A DNA stretch of 64,000 nt from Treponemataceae bacterium (GCA_963667725.2 CAXXHO010000003.1:1728001-1792000); one strand, 5' to 3'. Shown: positions 46,722 through 57,240, numbered from the stretch's first letter. Translations and numbers: made by a program. Notes: generated by a model not told the origin, from the letters alone.

Positions 46722-47705
46722 ATGATTCCTTTCGCCAAGAACGCACTTCTCCTCGCGCCCATGGTGGGCATCACGAACCGTGCCTTCAGGACCCTCCTGG
46801 ACGAGCTGGGCGGTCCCGATTACGCCTTCACCGAGATGGCGAGCGCCGAAGCCTTCAGCTCCCACGCGCAGTACGAAGCCGTCTATACCGACGCAAGACC
46901 TTCGCCGGGGGCGACGTCCGTGCAGTTCTACGCGCGCTCCGCGGCGGCCATGGCGGCCGCCTGCAAAGAAATCCTGTCGCGCGCGGCCCCGGAAGCGCCG
47001 GCGGGGATAGACATAAATTTCGGCTGCTCCGCGCCGCACATACGGAAATCCGGAGGCGGTTCCGCCTGGAGCTCCAACCCCGCCGGCGCCGCAGAACTGG
47101 TGGCCGCGGCGAGGTCAGCCTGGCCCGGCACGCTCTCGGCCAAAATCAGGATGGGCCCCGACGACGATTACGACAGGTTCCTCTCCTTCTGTTCGAAGAT
47201 CGCAGGGCCAGGCTTGGATTTCCTGAGCGTGCACCCCCGCACCGATGGACAGAAATTCAGGCGACAGCCGCAGCACGAAGTCACCCTCCGCCTCGCGGGC
47301 GATCTCTCCATTCCAATCGTCGCTAACGGGGATATAACCGATCTGAAAAAGGCGCTGGCCCTTCTAGGCGAAAAAAGCGCTTACGCCGTCATGATAGGCC
47401 GTGAAGCCGTGCGTCGTCCCTGGATATTCCAGAGGCTCCGAGCGGAGTTATCCGGCGCGCATGCCGGGGCCGCCATCGACCGCCTCGCCGTCGGCCTCAG
47501 GTTCCTGGAGCTCGCCGGATCGCTCATGCCCGAAGCATGGCAGCTCGAAACCTGCCGCCGCTTTTTTTCCTATTATACCGAAACGATGTCCTTTGCCCAT
47601 CATATCAAATACAAACTCATGAATTCCCCTTCGCTCGATACGATGGGTGATGTCCTTACCGAGTACTTCGAGCAGGTCCCCGAAGACAGGATTGTTTTCG
47701 GGTAA
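46722..47705 (+). CDS. dus: tRNA-dihydrouridine synthase family protein
   Basis: LAPMVG.T, TEM, DINFGC, KIR.G, VHPR, ANGDI, VMIGR; TTGAGT-17-TAGTAT lies 7 nt upstream of the ATG. Confidence 0.9.
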   Translation: MIPFAKNALLLAPMVGITNRAFRTLLDELGGPDYAFTEMASAEAFSSHAQYEAVYTDARPSPGATSVQFYARSAAAMAAACKEILSRAAPEAPAGIDINFGCSAPHIRKSGGGSAWSSNPAGAAELVAAARSAWPGTLSAKIRMGPDDDYDRFLSFCSKIAGPGLDFLSVHPRTDGQKFRRQPQHEVTLRLAGDLSIPIVANGDITDLKKALALLGEKSAYAVMIGREAVRRPWIFQRLRAELSGAHAGAAIDRLAVGLRFLELAGSLMPEAWQLETCRRFFSYYTETMSFAHHIKYKLMNSPSLDTMGDVLTEYFEQVPEDRIVFG

Positions 47706-47842
47706 ATCCTAGGAATTTGGCGTCAAAGCATAGGCTCATGTTTTTGCCTCTTGTATTCGACATAAAAAAATATTATATACACAGTGCGTGACAACAAGAC
47801 AATTTTAGTGATTATGTAAATCTTTTTTTCTCAGGAGCATGT

Positions 47843-49753
47843 ATGACACAGACGATACCCCAGATGTTCATTGAAAAAGTGCGGAGCCAGCCGGAAGCCG
47901 TCGTCCAGCTTTCCAAGGATAGCCACGGGGTATTCCAGCCGACCACCTATTCTGGTCTGCTGGACGATGTGAATGCCTTCGCCGCCGGACTCGGAACCCT
48001 AGGCGCGGCGCGAGGCGACAGGATAGGCCTCATCGCGGACAACAGAAAAGAGTGGCTCGCCGCCGATTTGGCCATCATGGGCATCGGTGCGGCCGACGTC
48101 CCCCGCGGCTGCGACGCGACCAACCAGGAGATTTCCTACATTTTGTCCTGGAGCGAATGCGTCATCGTGATCCTGGAAAACGACAAACTCCTCCACCGAC
48201 TCTGCGGTCTCAAAGACTCCCTGCCTCTGCTCAAGACCATCATCCTTTTCGATCCAGCCGGCGAAAAACACGAATCCGAAGCCAGGGCGCTGGGCTTTGA
48301 TCTCTACACCTTCGCGCAGATCATGGACAAGGGCCTGGAGGCCGAGCGCGAACATCCCGGTTTCTATCTCGCGGAAGCGGAAAAGGGAAAGCGAAACGAC
48401 CTCGCCACCATCATCTATACTTCCGGCACCACGGGCGAGCCCAAGGGCGTCATGCTGAGCCACGGCAACTTCCTCCACCAGACCGATTACCTTCCCGGAT
48501 TCTTCGGCGTCAAGCCGGGGCACCTCTTCCTCTCCGTCCTGCCCGTCTGGCACGCCTTCGAGCGCATCGTCCAGTACGTCATTCTCGCGGGCGGCGCCAT
48601 GGTGGCCTACTCCAAGCCCATCGGGTCAGTCCTCCTCGCCGACATGCAGGCCGTCCAGCCCCACTGGTTCACGTCGGTGCCGCGCATCTGGGAATCGGTG
48701 CAGGAAGGCGTCTACAAGAACCTCAAGCAGGCGAGCCCCGCCCTGCGGAACATTTTCACCTTCTTCGTAGGCATCGGCGAAAGCTATTCCTATTTCAGGA
48801 ACCACCTTCTCAAGCTCGTTCCCGAATTCACGCCCAGATCGCGCGTCCTGGAAATCGCCTCCTCCATAATCCCCTTCATTCTCCTGGGACCCATCTGGGA
48901 GCTGGGCAACCTCATCGTTTTCAGGAAGATCAAGGCCAAACTGGGCAAGCGTTTCATAGCTGGCATATCGGGCGGCGGCGCCCTCCCCGGCTCGGTGGAC
49001 CGGTTCTTCAACGCCATCGGCGTCCTCATCCTTGAAGGTTACGGCATCACGGAGACGGCGCCCGTCATCAGCCTGAGGCTGAGAAAACATCCTGTAATCG
49101 GCACCGTAGGCCCGGCCCACAAGGGCACAGAGATCCGCATTCTCAACGAAAAGGGCGAACTCTTGGGGCCGGGCAAGAAAGGCCTCATCCAGGTGCGCGG
49201 CCCTCAAGTGATGCTGGGGTACTACAAGAAGCCCGAACTAACCGCCAAGGCCATTTCGCTCGAGGGCTGGTTCGACACGGGCGACCTCGGGATGATGACG
49301 CTCAACGGCGAACTGAGGATAACGGGAAGGGCCAAGGACACGATCGTCCTGCGCGGCGGCGAGAATATCGAACCCGTACCGATAGAGCAGAAGCTCTGCG
49401 AAAGCCCCTACATACAGCAGGCCGTCGTCCTGGGACAGGACGAACGATACATCGCGGCCCTCATTGTCCCGAAACAGGACAACATCACCTCATGGGTGGA
49501 AGAGAACAATATACCTTTCGTGGATTACGAAACCCTGCTGCAGCAGCCCGAGGTGAAGGAGCTGCTGGATTCCGAGATCTCGGATCTCATCAGCCCAAGG
49601 AACGGATTCAAGCCTTTCGAGAGGATTTTCAGGTTCGACATCCTCTCCGAACCTTTCCAGCCCGGCAAGGAACTGTCGGCCAAGCAGGAGCTGAAGAGAT
49701 TTGCCGTCAACGAGATTTACAAAAAGAAGATCAAGGCGCTCTTTTCGAAATAG
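47843..49753 (+). CDS. fadD: Long-chain fatty acid--CoA ligase
   Basis: IYTSGTTGEPKGV, EGYGITE, GWFDTGDLG, GRAKD.IVL.GGENIEP. Confidence 0.9.
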   Translation: MTQTIPQMFIEKVRSQPEAVVQLSKDSHGVFQPTTYSGLLDDVNAFAAGLGTLGAARGDRIGLIADNRKEWLAADLAIMGIGAADVPRGCDATNQEISYILSWSECVIVILENDKLLHRLCGLKDSLPLLKTIILFDPAGEKHESEARALGFDLYTFAQIMDKGLEAEREHPGFYLAEAEKGKRNDLATIIYTSGTTGEPKGVMLSHGNFLHQTDYLPGFFGVKPGHLFLSVLPVWHAFERIVQYVILAGGAMVAYSKPIGSVLLADMQAVQPHWFTSVPRIWESVQEGVYKNLKQASPALRNIFTFFVGIGESYSYFRNHLLKLVPEFTPRSRVLEIASSIIPFILLGPIWELGNLIVFRKIKAKLGKRFIAGISGGGALPGSVDRFFNAIGVLILEGYGITETAPVISLRLRKHPVIGTVGPAHKGTEIRILNEKGELLGPGKKGLIQVRGPQVMLGYYKKPELTAKAISLEGWFDTGDLGMMTLNGELRITGRAKDTIVLRGGENIEPVPIEQKLCESPYIQQAVVLGQDERYIAALIVPKQDNITSWVEENNIPFVDYETLLQQPEVKELLDSEISDLISPRNGFKPFERIFRFDILSEPFQPGKELSAKQELKRFAVNEIYKKKIKALFSK

Positions 49754-49804
49754 CCGCCGGAATCAGACGACCCCGCAAGGCCCGGAATGGGAATTGCGGG
49801 GGCT

Positions 49805-50680
49805 TCACTCCACTTCGATGTCGCCGAGGACGCTCTTCACATGGAGGCGCTTGGTACCCTGCCCAATCCGGTAAGCGCATCTCCTCGGCCCGGCTCCCGA
49901 GGAAATGGTGGTGCCCGGCGAGTTGATCTGACCGGAGAGGGTTTCGGCGCGGAACTCCACGTTCGCCACCTCCAGCATGAGATTGATGTCTCCCGAATAC
50001 GTGTTGGCTTCGCCGCCGCCGAAAGCGCTGGCGAGTTCCAGTTCGATATCGCCCGAGTGCGAAATGAGCCTGATTCTGCCTTCCGGCTTCAGTATGGAAA
50101 TATCACCGCTCTGCGTAAGGGCTATCACGTTCCCTTTTACCCTGGATGCCTGAATATCGCCGCCCTGGGTCTCCACGTGAAGCGAACCGTTCAGCTTCGT
50201 GCATTTGACCGAACCGTCGATGGTGTTCACGGTGGCCGAGCCGCAGTTCAGCAGGGTTATCGATCCCTGGACGCTGGACGCCTCGATATTGCAGGCTCCG
50301 TGGATATGGATGGTGCCCAGTTCCGAAATGACGAGTATATCTATGTCGCAGTCCCTGATGTCGATTTCACCCTTCATGCTATGGACTTCGAGATCCTTGA
50401 TGCGCGGGGGAATGCTCACGATGACGCTGGCCGTGTAGATGTCCTTGGGCGTATCGTTCGTCATGATGAGAATGCTGTCGTGCCGGCGAACCGAAGATTT
50501 CCACGCCGAAAGCAGGGAGGAAGTTCCATGCAGTTCGTACTCGGCATGAATAAGATCATCCGAAGAACTGTTGATAGTAATCGCCCCCTCGGGGATTCGC
50601 AAAACCATGCGCTCGGCCGCCTCGGGCCCTATGGTTTCCTGAAAATATCGAATCTCGAGATCGGCGCTTTCACTCCTCAT
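49805..50680 (-). CDS. DUF4097-family beta-strand repeat protein
   Basis: Repeated (S/T)xxGxI units; AGGAGA RBS. Confidence 0.8.
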   Translation of the reverse strand: MRSESADLEIRYFQETIGPEAAERMVLRIPEGAITINSSSDDLIHAEYELHGTSSLLSAWKSSVRRHDSILIMTNDTPKDIYTASVIVSIPPRIKDLEVHSMKGEIDIRDCDIDILVISELGTIHIHGACNIEASSVQGSITLLNCGSATVNTIDGSVKCTKLNGSLHVETQGGDIQASRVKGNVIALTQSGDISILKPEGRIRLISHSGDIELELASAFGGGEANTYSGDINLMLEVANVEFRAETLSGQINSPGTTISSGAGPRRCAYRIGQGTKRLHVKSVLGDIEVE

Positions 50681-50852
50681 AGGTTCTCCTTGATGCGTCG
50701 CAAAACGCGCGATTGACATTCGAATCATATCATGGCTACGGTTTTTTGACTACCTTTTACGTTTGGAAGCGCTTCCACCCCACCCGGCTTTGGCGGCCGG
50801 CTTCTCAATAGCAACAATTCCGCTTCGTACCGACACATTTACTGTTCAATAC

Positions 50853-50906
50853 TTGACAAAGGGAAAAGAGAGAATTATCATATGGTTTATAACATAAACT
50901 AGTTTA
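50853..50906 (+). promoter_or_regulatory. sigma70-type promoter plus palindromic operator of the second ABC cassette
   Basis: TTGACA-17nt-TATCAT (50853-50881); GTTTAT-AAC-ATAAAC (50885-50899) overlapping TAAACTAGTTTA. Confidence 0.6.
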
Positions 50907-50916
50907 CGGAGGTGAC

Positions 50917-51600
50917 ATGAACGACAATGGCATGAAAGAATCGCGCGAATCGGTTTCCATCGAGGAGCTGGAGCGCACGCTCAGCGATCTGAGGTCGGCG
51001 GTGAGAGCGAGCAATCCCCTCCTGAGGGCTATCGCCTCCTCCCGCTTTTACCCCGCCCTCTCCCTAATACTCGGCCTCATATCCGTAGTCTTTTGCTTCG
51101 TGGCGAGAGCGGCCGAACGCAACCCCTCGGGCGGCGGCATCGGCGCCTGGAGCTGGATATTCCTCGTCGTCATCTTCGTCATAGGCGGCGCGGGTAAGGT
51201 CATCATCACCTCGAGACTGGCCGCGCAGCAGGGAGGACGCAGTTTCTACTCCCTCATGACGGCGATCTACGGCGGCAAATCGTCCACGCTGATCGCGAGT
51301 TCAGCCATCGCGATGATAGCCGGAGCCGTCTTCCTCGTATGGATCGGCCATCCCTGGTACATCGCCCCCATCACCGCTATCTACACAGGCCTCGCTTCCC
51401 ACGCATTCGATCTTCTGATCGACCTCGCCGAATACCGCATCCTGGGATGGGTGTCCATGGCGGCAGGCATCATCGCCCTCTTTTTCGTGGAGACCGATCC
51501 CCTGCTCTGGACGGCCATCGTGACGGCGGCTGTCTTCGTCGTCTTCGGCATCGTGGGGTTGGCGGCGGCTTCGGCACGCGAGAGAGGCCAGCGCCGATGA
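50917..51600 (+). CDS. Multi-pass membrane protein
   Basis: About six hydrophobic segments; GGAGGT RBS; ATGA-coupled to the wHTH regulator. Confidence 0.75.
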   Translation: MNDNGMKESRESVSIEELERTLSDLRSAVRASNPLLRAIASSRFYPALSLILGLISVVFCFVARAAERNPSGGGIGAWSWIFLVVIFVIGGAGKVIITSRLAAQQGGRSFYSLMTAIYGGKSSTLIASSAIAMIAGAVFLVWIGHPWYIAPITAIYTGLASHAFDLLIDLAEYRILGWVSMAAGIIALFFVETDPLLWTAIVTAAVFVVFGIVGLAAASARERGQRR

Positions 51601-51926
51601 AGGATGAAGAAAGAAGCGCGCCGCCCGAATTCGACAAGGTGATCCACGAGCGGGCGCGCCTCAGGATTCTCGTCTATCTCGCCTCCTCGCAGGAGGCTGA
51701 AGTGGGCTTCACCGACATGAAGAGGGACCTGGCCATGACGGCGGGAAACCTCTCCGTGCAGCTCGGTACGCTGGAGGAAGCTGGCTACATTCTGCTCAGG
51801 AAAGCCTTTGTCGGGAAAAAGCCTTATACGGGAGCGAGCCTCACGCCGATCGGGAAGATGGCGCTCGAGTGCTATCTCAATGAAATGGAATCGATGCTGG
51901 CGCTGCTGCGCGACGGCAAAAAATAG
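51597..51926 (+). CDS. Winged-helix transcriptional regulator (HTH_34/ArsR-MarR-like)
   Basis: DKVIHERARL.I..YL...FT......T.GNLS..L..LEEAGYI...K.F.GKKP.T...LT..G. Confidence 0.85.
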   Translation: MKDEERSAPPEFDKVIHERARLRILVYLASSQEAEVGFTDMKRDLAMTAGNLSVQLGTLEEAGYILLRKAFVGKKPYTGASLTPIGKMALECYLNEMESMLALLRDGKK

Positions 51927-51936
51927 GGAGGACAGG

Positions 51937-52629
51937 ATGGGCATTCTATCGTTGTCGGGAATCACGAAAATCTACAGGAAGGGCGATATCGAAGTCGCCG
52001 CGCTCGGAGGGATAGACCTAGAATTCGACAAAGAGGAGTTCTGCGCCGTCGTCGGCCCCTCCGGCTCCGGCAAGACCACCCTTCTCAACATCATCGGCTG
52101 CCTGGACAAACCTACGACCGGAACGATGAAGTACAGGGGGCAGGAACTCAGGATGCTCGGCGAAAAGGAACTGTCGGCCTACCGGAGAGAACATGTCTCC
52201 TTCATCTTCCAGTCCTACAATCTCATCCCCGTCCTCACCGTCGTCGAAAACGTCGAAATTCCCTTGAGCATAGCGGGCAAGCTCCAGAAGCGGGAAATGC
52301 GAAAGAAAGCCCTCGAGATCCTCGACGCCGTCGGCATCGCCGACAAGGCCAACAGGTTTCCGCGCGAGCTGTCGGGCGGGCAGGAACAGAGAGTCGCCAT
52401 CGCCAGGGCCCTAGTCAAGGACCCTGTCGTCGTCCTCGCGGACGAGCCGACGGCCAACCTCGACTCACGCACCGCCGACGAAATTGTCCGCCTCATGAAG
52501 TCGATCAACAAGAGCCTCCATACGACCTTCATTTTCTCGACCCACGACAAGATGATCATGGATGAGGCCCTGCGGGTCGTCCAGCTCCACGACGGACTGA
52601 TAACGAAGGACGAGAGGAGGACGCTATGA
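51937..52629 (+). CDS. ABC transporter ATP-binding protein (LolD/MacB-like)
   Basis: GPSGSGKT, LSGGQEQRVA, LADEPTANLD, STHD. Confidence 0.92.
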   Translation: MGILSLSGITKIYRKGDIEVAALGGIDLEFDKEEFCAVVGPSGSGKTTLLNIIGCLDKPTTGTMKYRGQELRMLGEKELSAYRREHVSFIFQSYNLIPVLTVVENVEIPLSIAGKLQKREMRKKALEILDAVGIADKANRFPRELSGGQEQRVAIARALVKDPVVVLADEPTANLDSRTADEIVRLMKSINKSLHTTFIFSTHDKMIMDEALRVVQLHDGLITKDERRTL

Positions 52630-53891
52630 CGAGGGTACTGATCGCCATCGCCTTCAGGAACGTGCTGAGGCATGGAAAACGCACGCTCATCACCTCCCTC
52701 GTCCTCACCGCCGGCATCGGAATGTTCATCTTCTTCGACTCGATCCTGGCCGGTATGGACCGCATGACCATCGATTCGATGGTCGACTATACCGAGTCGT
52801 CGATGCAGGTGATGACGGCGGAATACATGAAGGACAGCCGCGCCTTCCCTCTGAAATACGGAATACCCTCACCCGAAGCGGTTATCGAACGCATTGACGA
52901 ATTGCTTCCCGAGGCGGTCGCCTCGACGCCGCGGACGGCCTTCATGGCCTACGCGTCCAACCGCATCGACAGCGTGCCCGCGATGGGCACGGCGATAGAT
53001 CCGGTTCTCGACAGGAAGGTCTTCAAGCTTTCGGAACATCTCGCCGCCGGAGTCTGGCTGGATCCCGACACGGCCGAGAACGAAATTCTCGTCGGCAAAG
53101 GACTCGCGAAGGACTTGGGTCTGGGGGTGGGAGACTGGCTCGTGCTCTCCGCCAGGGCCGTCGACGACGCGCTGAACGCCGATGAGTTCCGGATCGTGGG
53201 CCTGCTCGACGTGCCGGCGCAGGAAGTGTCCCAGAGTGGCGTATTCGTGAGCTACGGCGCGGCGCGGGCTTTGTTGGGCGAGGATCTGCCCGTGACGGTG
53301 ATCAACCTTTCCCTGCCTAAATCCGCCACCCTCGATCAGGAGCTGGGCAATTCAGAAAAAGCGGCGGCGGTTGTCTTGAGCGCCTTCCCCGGCTTCGCCG
53401 CCCGCCCCATCGCGGAGGCCGCCAAGGATTACATGGCCATGAGAAACATGAAGGCCAAGTATTCTTCGCTCATCATCCTCGTCGTTCTCCTCATCGCCGG
53501 CGTCGGCATCGTCAACACCGTGCTTATGAGCGTCTATTCGCGCATAAAAGAGATCGGCGTCCTGCGCGCCTACGGCATGCTGCCCGGCCAGATCAGGCGG
53601 CTTTTCTCCCTCGAAGGCATGATGATAGGCGTCATCGGGAGCGCCGGCGGCATCCTGCTCGGGAGCCTCTTGGTATGGATATCGGTGAAATGGGGATTTT
53701 CCTTTGATAAGATGTTCTCGGGTCTCGATCTGGGATCCATTCCCATGGGAGGGGTTCTTCGCGGCGAATGGCATCCCTCCACCATGGTAACGGGCTTCCT
53801 TTTCGGCGTCATCGCTTCCTGGATCTCGTCCAGGATACCGGCAAAAAAAGCAGGCAAGCTCGAAGTCACCGATGCCCTGCATTTCGTGTAA
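52626..53891 (+). CDS. ABC transporter permease (FtsX/LolE-like)
   Basis: IAFRNVLRH.KRT, NTVLMSVYSRIKEIGVLRAYG. Confidence 0.88.
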   Translation: MTRVLIAIAFRNVLRHGKRTLITSLVLTAGIGMFIFFDSILAGMDRMTIDSMVDYTESSMQVMTAEYMKDSRAFPLKYGIPSPEAVIERIDELLPEAVASTPRTAFMAYASNRIDSVPAMGTAIDPVLDRKVFKLSEHLAAGVWLDPDTAENEILVGKGLAKDLGLGVGDWLVLSARAVDDALNADEFRIVGLLDVPAQEVSQSGVFVSYGAARALLGEDLPVTVINLSLPKSATLDQELGNSEKAAAVVLSAFPGFAARPIAEAAKDYMAMRNMKAKYSSLIILVVLLIAGVGIVNTVLMSVYSRIKEIGVLRAYGMLPGQIRRLFSLEGMMIGVIGSAGGILLGSLLVWISVKWGFSFDKMFSGLDLGSIPMGGVLRGEWHPSTMVTGFLFGVIASWISSRIPAKKAGKLEVTDALHFV

Positions 53892-53903
53892 GGGAGGCAA
53901 CGC

Positions 53904-55148
53904 ATGAGAATTATACCCTTCGCGGCAAGAAACCTCCTCAGGAACAAGCGGCGCAGTGCCCTAGCCGCGACATCTGTCTTTCTCTCCATACTGATGGTCA
54001 TTGTCCTGCAGGGATTCACCAACGGCTTCCTAGATTCCATGGTCAGGAACTATATCAAGAACGAAACCGGCCATATCAATATCGCGACGCAGGGATACAG
54101 GGATCGCACCAGGTTCATGCCCGTCGACGAATACATAGAAGACTCTCCCGCACTCGCCGAGTCCATCCGGGCGGCCGTCGCTCCCAGGGATCCCGACGTG
54201 ATTGTCGCCGAGAGGATCCGCTTCGGCGTCCTCCTCTCATCGGAAACCGGGACAAAGGACGCACTCGCGATCGCCGGTACCCCTGAGGTCGAACGCAAGC
54301 TGCTTATGCTCGACACGCGAATCCTTCCTGGAGGCTCCTACATGGGAGCCGTCGGTGAGACGATCATGGGTGAAACCCTGGCAAACGACCTGGGGCTCAG
54401 GGTGGGCGACACGCTCAAGGTCGTCACCCAGAAGGCCGACGGGGGTCTGGGCTTCAGGAAGCTCAGGATATCGGGGCTTTTCAGCACAGGCGTCAATTCC
54501 CTCGACGGCATGGTGTTCCAGATGGGCCTGGAGGATGCCCGAATCCTTCTGGGCATGGAAAACGGAGCCCAGCAGATTTCGGTCACTCTCTCCGGGATGA
54601 GGGATGTCGCGGCGATAGCCGACATTATCCGCGGGATTGCTACAGAAAGCGGGAAAATCCCGCTTTCCGTCCTGCCATGGACCTCCATCGGCGAGTACCC
54701 GAAAATGATCCAGCTTATGAGCGTCGTCTACTACTGGGTCTTCCTCTTTGTCGCCCTCCTGGGCTCCTTCATCATCGCCAACGTCATGACCATGGTGATC
54801 CTGGAACGCAAGCGCGAAATCGGCATCCTCATGTCGATGGGCATGCCGAGGAACCGCATACTCAATCTGTTCCTGACCGAGGGGACGATGCTCGGCCTGG
54901 CTGGATCGGTGGCGGGAACCCTGGCAGGCGTGGGATTCATCATGGTCCTCGCAAGAAAGGGATTCGACATGACGAGCGCGATGAAGGGCTTTTCCTGGCC
55001 TCTCGATAACGTCATCTATCCCTCCGTCACGCCGGGAACCATTTTCATGGGCATTTTCATGGGAACCTTCGTCTCGGCGGCGATTTCCTACCTTCCCTCT
55101 AGGAAGGCAGCGAGGATGGCGCCGGTGGAAGCCATCAGATCAGTGTAG
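53904..55148 (+). CDS. ABC transporter permease (FtsX/LolE-like)
   Basis: AARNLLRNKRRS, ILERKREIGILMSMG, PSRKAARM.PVEAIR. Confidence 0.88.
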   Translation: MRIIPFAARNLLRNKRRSALAATSVFLSILMVIVLQGFTNGFLDSMVRNYIKNETGHINIATQGYRDRTRFMPVDEYIEDSPALAESIRAAVAPRDPDVIVAERIRFGVLLSSETGTKDALAIAGTPEVERKLLMLDTRILPGGSYMGAVGETIMGETLANDLGLRVGDTLKVVTQKADGGLGFRKLRISGLFSTGVNSLDGMVFQMGLEDARILLGMENGAQQISVTLSGMRDVAAIADIIRGIATESGKIPLSVLPWTSIGEYPKMIQLMSVVYYWVFLFVALLGSFIIANVMTMVILERKREIGILMSMGMPRNRILNLFLTEGTMLGLAGSVAGTLAGVGFIMVLARKGFDMTSAMKGFSWPLDNVIYPSVTPGTIFMGIFMGTFVSAAISYLPSRKAARMAPVEAIRSV

Positions 55149-55173
55149 CGCCCTGGCGCTGGGAGAAACGACA

Positions 55174-55950
55174 ATGAAATCTTTATCGCACGCGATAGTC
55201 TCGCTTTTTGCCACATTCCTGTTTTGCGCCTCGGCCGCGGCCACGGCGGGCGCTCAGGCGATGGGCGCCAAAACCCTCGGCGCCTCCGAGATCCTCACCA
55301 GGGTCGACGCGAACCAGCTTTATTCGACCATCTACTATGAAGGGAAGATGGAGATCGTCTCGGGGGCGCGGACGAAGGTGAAAACCATGAGGGCATGGGC
55401 TGCGGGGAGCAAAAAGGCCTTCATAGAATTCACGAATCCCGAAGACAGAGGCGTCAGGATGCTCAAGCTGGACAAGAACCTCTGGATGTATTTCCCCTCG
55501 GAGCGCGACACCGTGAAGATATCGGGCGCCCTCCTCCGCCAGGGCATGATGGGTTCAGATTTTTCCTACGAAGACGCGATGGAACCCGACGATCTCAAGG
55601 CGCTTTACGACGCCGAAGTAGTCGGCAATGAAGCCATCGACGGTCGGGAATGCTTCGTCCTCTCCCTCGTCGCCAAGGGCAGGGATGTTGCCTATGCGAA
55701 GCGGAAAATCTGGATCGACGCCGAGCGCTTCATCGTCGCCAGATCCGAGCTCTACGCCAGGAGCGGCATGCTCCTCAAGGTGTCCCGAACCCTGAACTAC
55801 GCGAAGCTGGGTTCCCGGTACTTTCCCTCGGTGGTCGAATTTTCCGACGCGCTCAAGAAGGAATCCAGGACAGTGATGTCGATGACATCCCTGAAGCTCG
55901 ACGCGCCGGTGGATGAGGCGCGGTTCAGCCTCCAGGCGCTGACGAAATGA
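55174..55950 (+). CDS. Outer-membrane lipoprotein-sorting (LolA-like) protein
   Basis: Signal peptide; EFTNPEDRG.RMLK...LWMYFP...KISG...MMGSDFSYED. Confidence 0.85.
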   Translation: MKSLSHAIVSLFATFLFCASAAATAGAQAMGAKTLGASEILTRVDANQLYSTIYYEGKMEIVSGARTKVKTMRAWAAGSKKAFIEFTNPEDRGVRMLKLDKNLWMYFPSERDTVKISGALLRQGMMGSDFSYEDAMEPDDLKALYDAEVVGNEAIDGRECFVLSLVAKGRDVAYAKRKIWIDAERFIVARSELYARSGMLLKVSRTLNYAKLGSRYFPSVVEFSDALKKESRTVMSMTSLKLDAPVDEARFSLQALTK

Positions 55951-57176
55951 GGAGGGCTTCAGGAATGCGTGGCGCGGCCATTCTCTTCGTCGCGCTCGCG
56001 GCTTTAGCTGCGACGCCCGGTGCCGAGGCCCAAGCCGCCGAGGACTCAAGCGGCGCGAACCTGGCCGGCGAAGCGAAGATCTCGGGGCAGGTCCAGCAGA
56101 CCGCCTCGGTCGCGACAGCGTTATCCGGCGGCACCTCCTTTACCGGCGGCGCCGCCACGAGCCTCAGCCTCGCCCTCGACGCGAGGGGCGCCACAGCCTC
56201 TCTGCGCGCGTCCCTACATTTCTCAGTCCTCTACGGCAACGAAGCGGCCGCCCTCTGGGCCACCCTCGCGGCTTCGCCCTCGGCCGGCTCCTCCCTCCTG
56301 ATGGCGCCCGCCTTCGACGCGGCGGCCGCGGCGCCGGAATGCCTCGCACTCCTTGCCCTCGACGAACTCGCCTTGACCTGGGACATCGGCCCCTTCGCCT
56401 TTGAAGCCGGCAAGACCATCGCCAACTGGGGCGTCGGAAAAGCCTTCAGCCCGGCCGATTTCTTCGCGGAGTTCGACTATTCCTCAGGCACCCCCTCCAG
56501 GCGTTCCGGCCTCCTCGCCCGCGCCACCTGGTTCGCCGGAGCGACGAGCCGCGTCGACCTCGTGTACGCGCCCTACGCGGCCTCGGCCAACGCGCTGGCC
56601 GGCGGCGCCGGATCAAGCGCCGGATCAAGCGCCGGATCAAGCGGCGCCGTCCCCAGTGCCACCCCCACAAGCGCCATCGTCGCGGCCCGCGCCTACGCGA
56701 CAGCCTTCGATACGCTCGCCTTCGCCCTTGCCGCGGGCTTCCGCGGCGCGGCGGGAAGCTCGCCGGCCAGCCTCCTCGGGGCGCTGGAGGCCACCTTCGA
56801 CCTTCCCTTCGTCTCGCCCTACGGCGAAGCCTCCATCGTGGCGGCCCTGGACGGCAGCAAAGCCATCGCCTATTCGCTCCTCGGAGGGGGCCAGGCCCGG
56901 ATCGGGGACGCAAGCCTCCTCGCCGAATACCTCTACTCGCCCCAAGCCGCCGCCGCGCACAGCGTCTTCGCCCAGGCAGGCCTGCCCATTGACGAATGGA
57001 TATCCATCTCCGCGCCCCTCCTCTACTATCCGGAATCGGGCACGCTCACCGTCGCCGCGACCCTCGCGGCCAGCGATATCGCCGGCTTGAGTTTCGCCGT
57101 CACCGCCTCAGCGAGCCATTCAAGTGCGCAAACCTGGAGCGGAAAGCTCGCGCTCTCGGCGCGGACAAGCTTCTGA
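55947..57176 (+). CDS. Exported, probable outer-membrane beta-barrel protein
   Basis: Signal peptide, LDEL...EAGK...WG.G..FSP.D motif, C-terminal Phe; paralogous position to 25752-26918. Confidence 0.65.
   Translation: MRRASGMRGAAILFVALAALAATPGAEAQAAEDSSGANLAGEAKISGQVQQTASVATALSGGTSFTGGAATSLSLALDARGATASLRASLHFSVLYGNEAAALWATLAASPSAGSSLLMAPAFDAAAAAPECLALLALDELALTWDIGPFAFEAGKTIANWGVGKAFSPADFFAEFDYSSGTPSRRSGLLARATWFAGATSRVDLVYAPYAASANALAGGAGSSAGSSAGSSGAVPSATPTSAIVAARAYATAFDTLAFALAAGFRGAAGSSPASLLGALEATFDLPFVSPYGEASIVAALDGSKAIAYSLLGGGQARIGDASLLAEYLYSPQAAAAHSVFAQAGLPIDEWISISAPLLYYPESGTLTVAATLAASDIAGLSFAVTASASHSSAQTWSGKLALSARTSF
56605..56640 (+). repeat. 12-bp tandem repeat x3 (GCGCCGGATCAA), in-frame AGSS units
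   Basis: Three exact copies read directly. Confidence 0.9.
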
Positions 57177-57240
57177 TCCGCAATACTGGAACAGCGGAGC
57201 CCTTTTATGGCATACTTGAAAGGTATCCAGGAGGGTTATC

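Noticed and set aside
57177..57240. T-box leader upstream of ileS
   Set aside because: The intergenic gap is only ~65 nt with no T-box motif.
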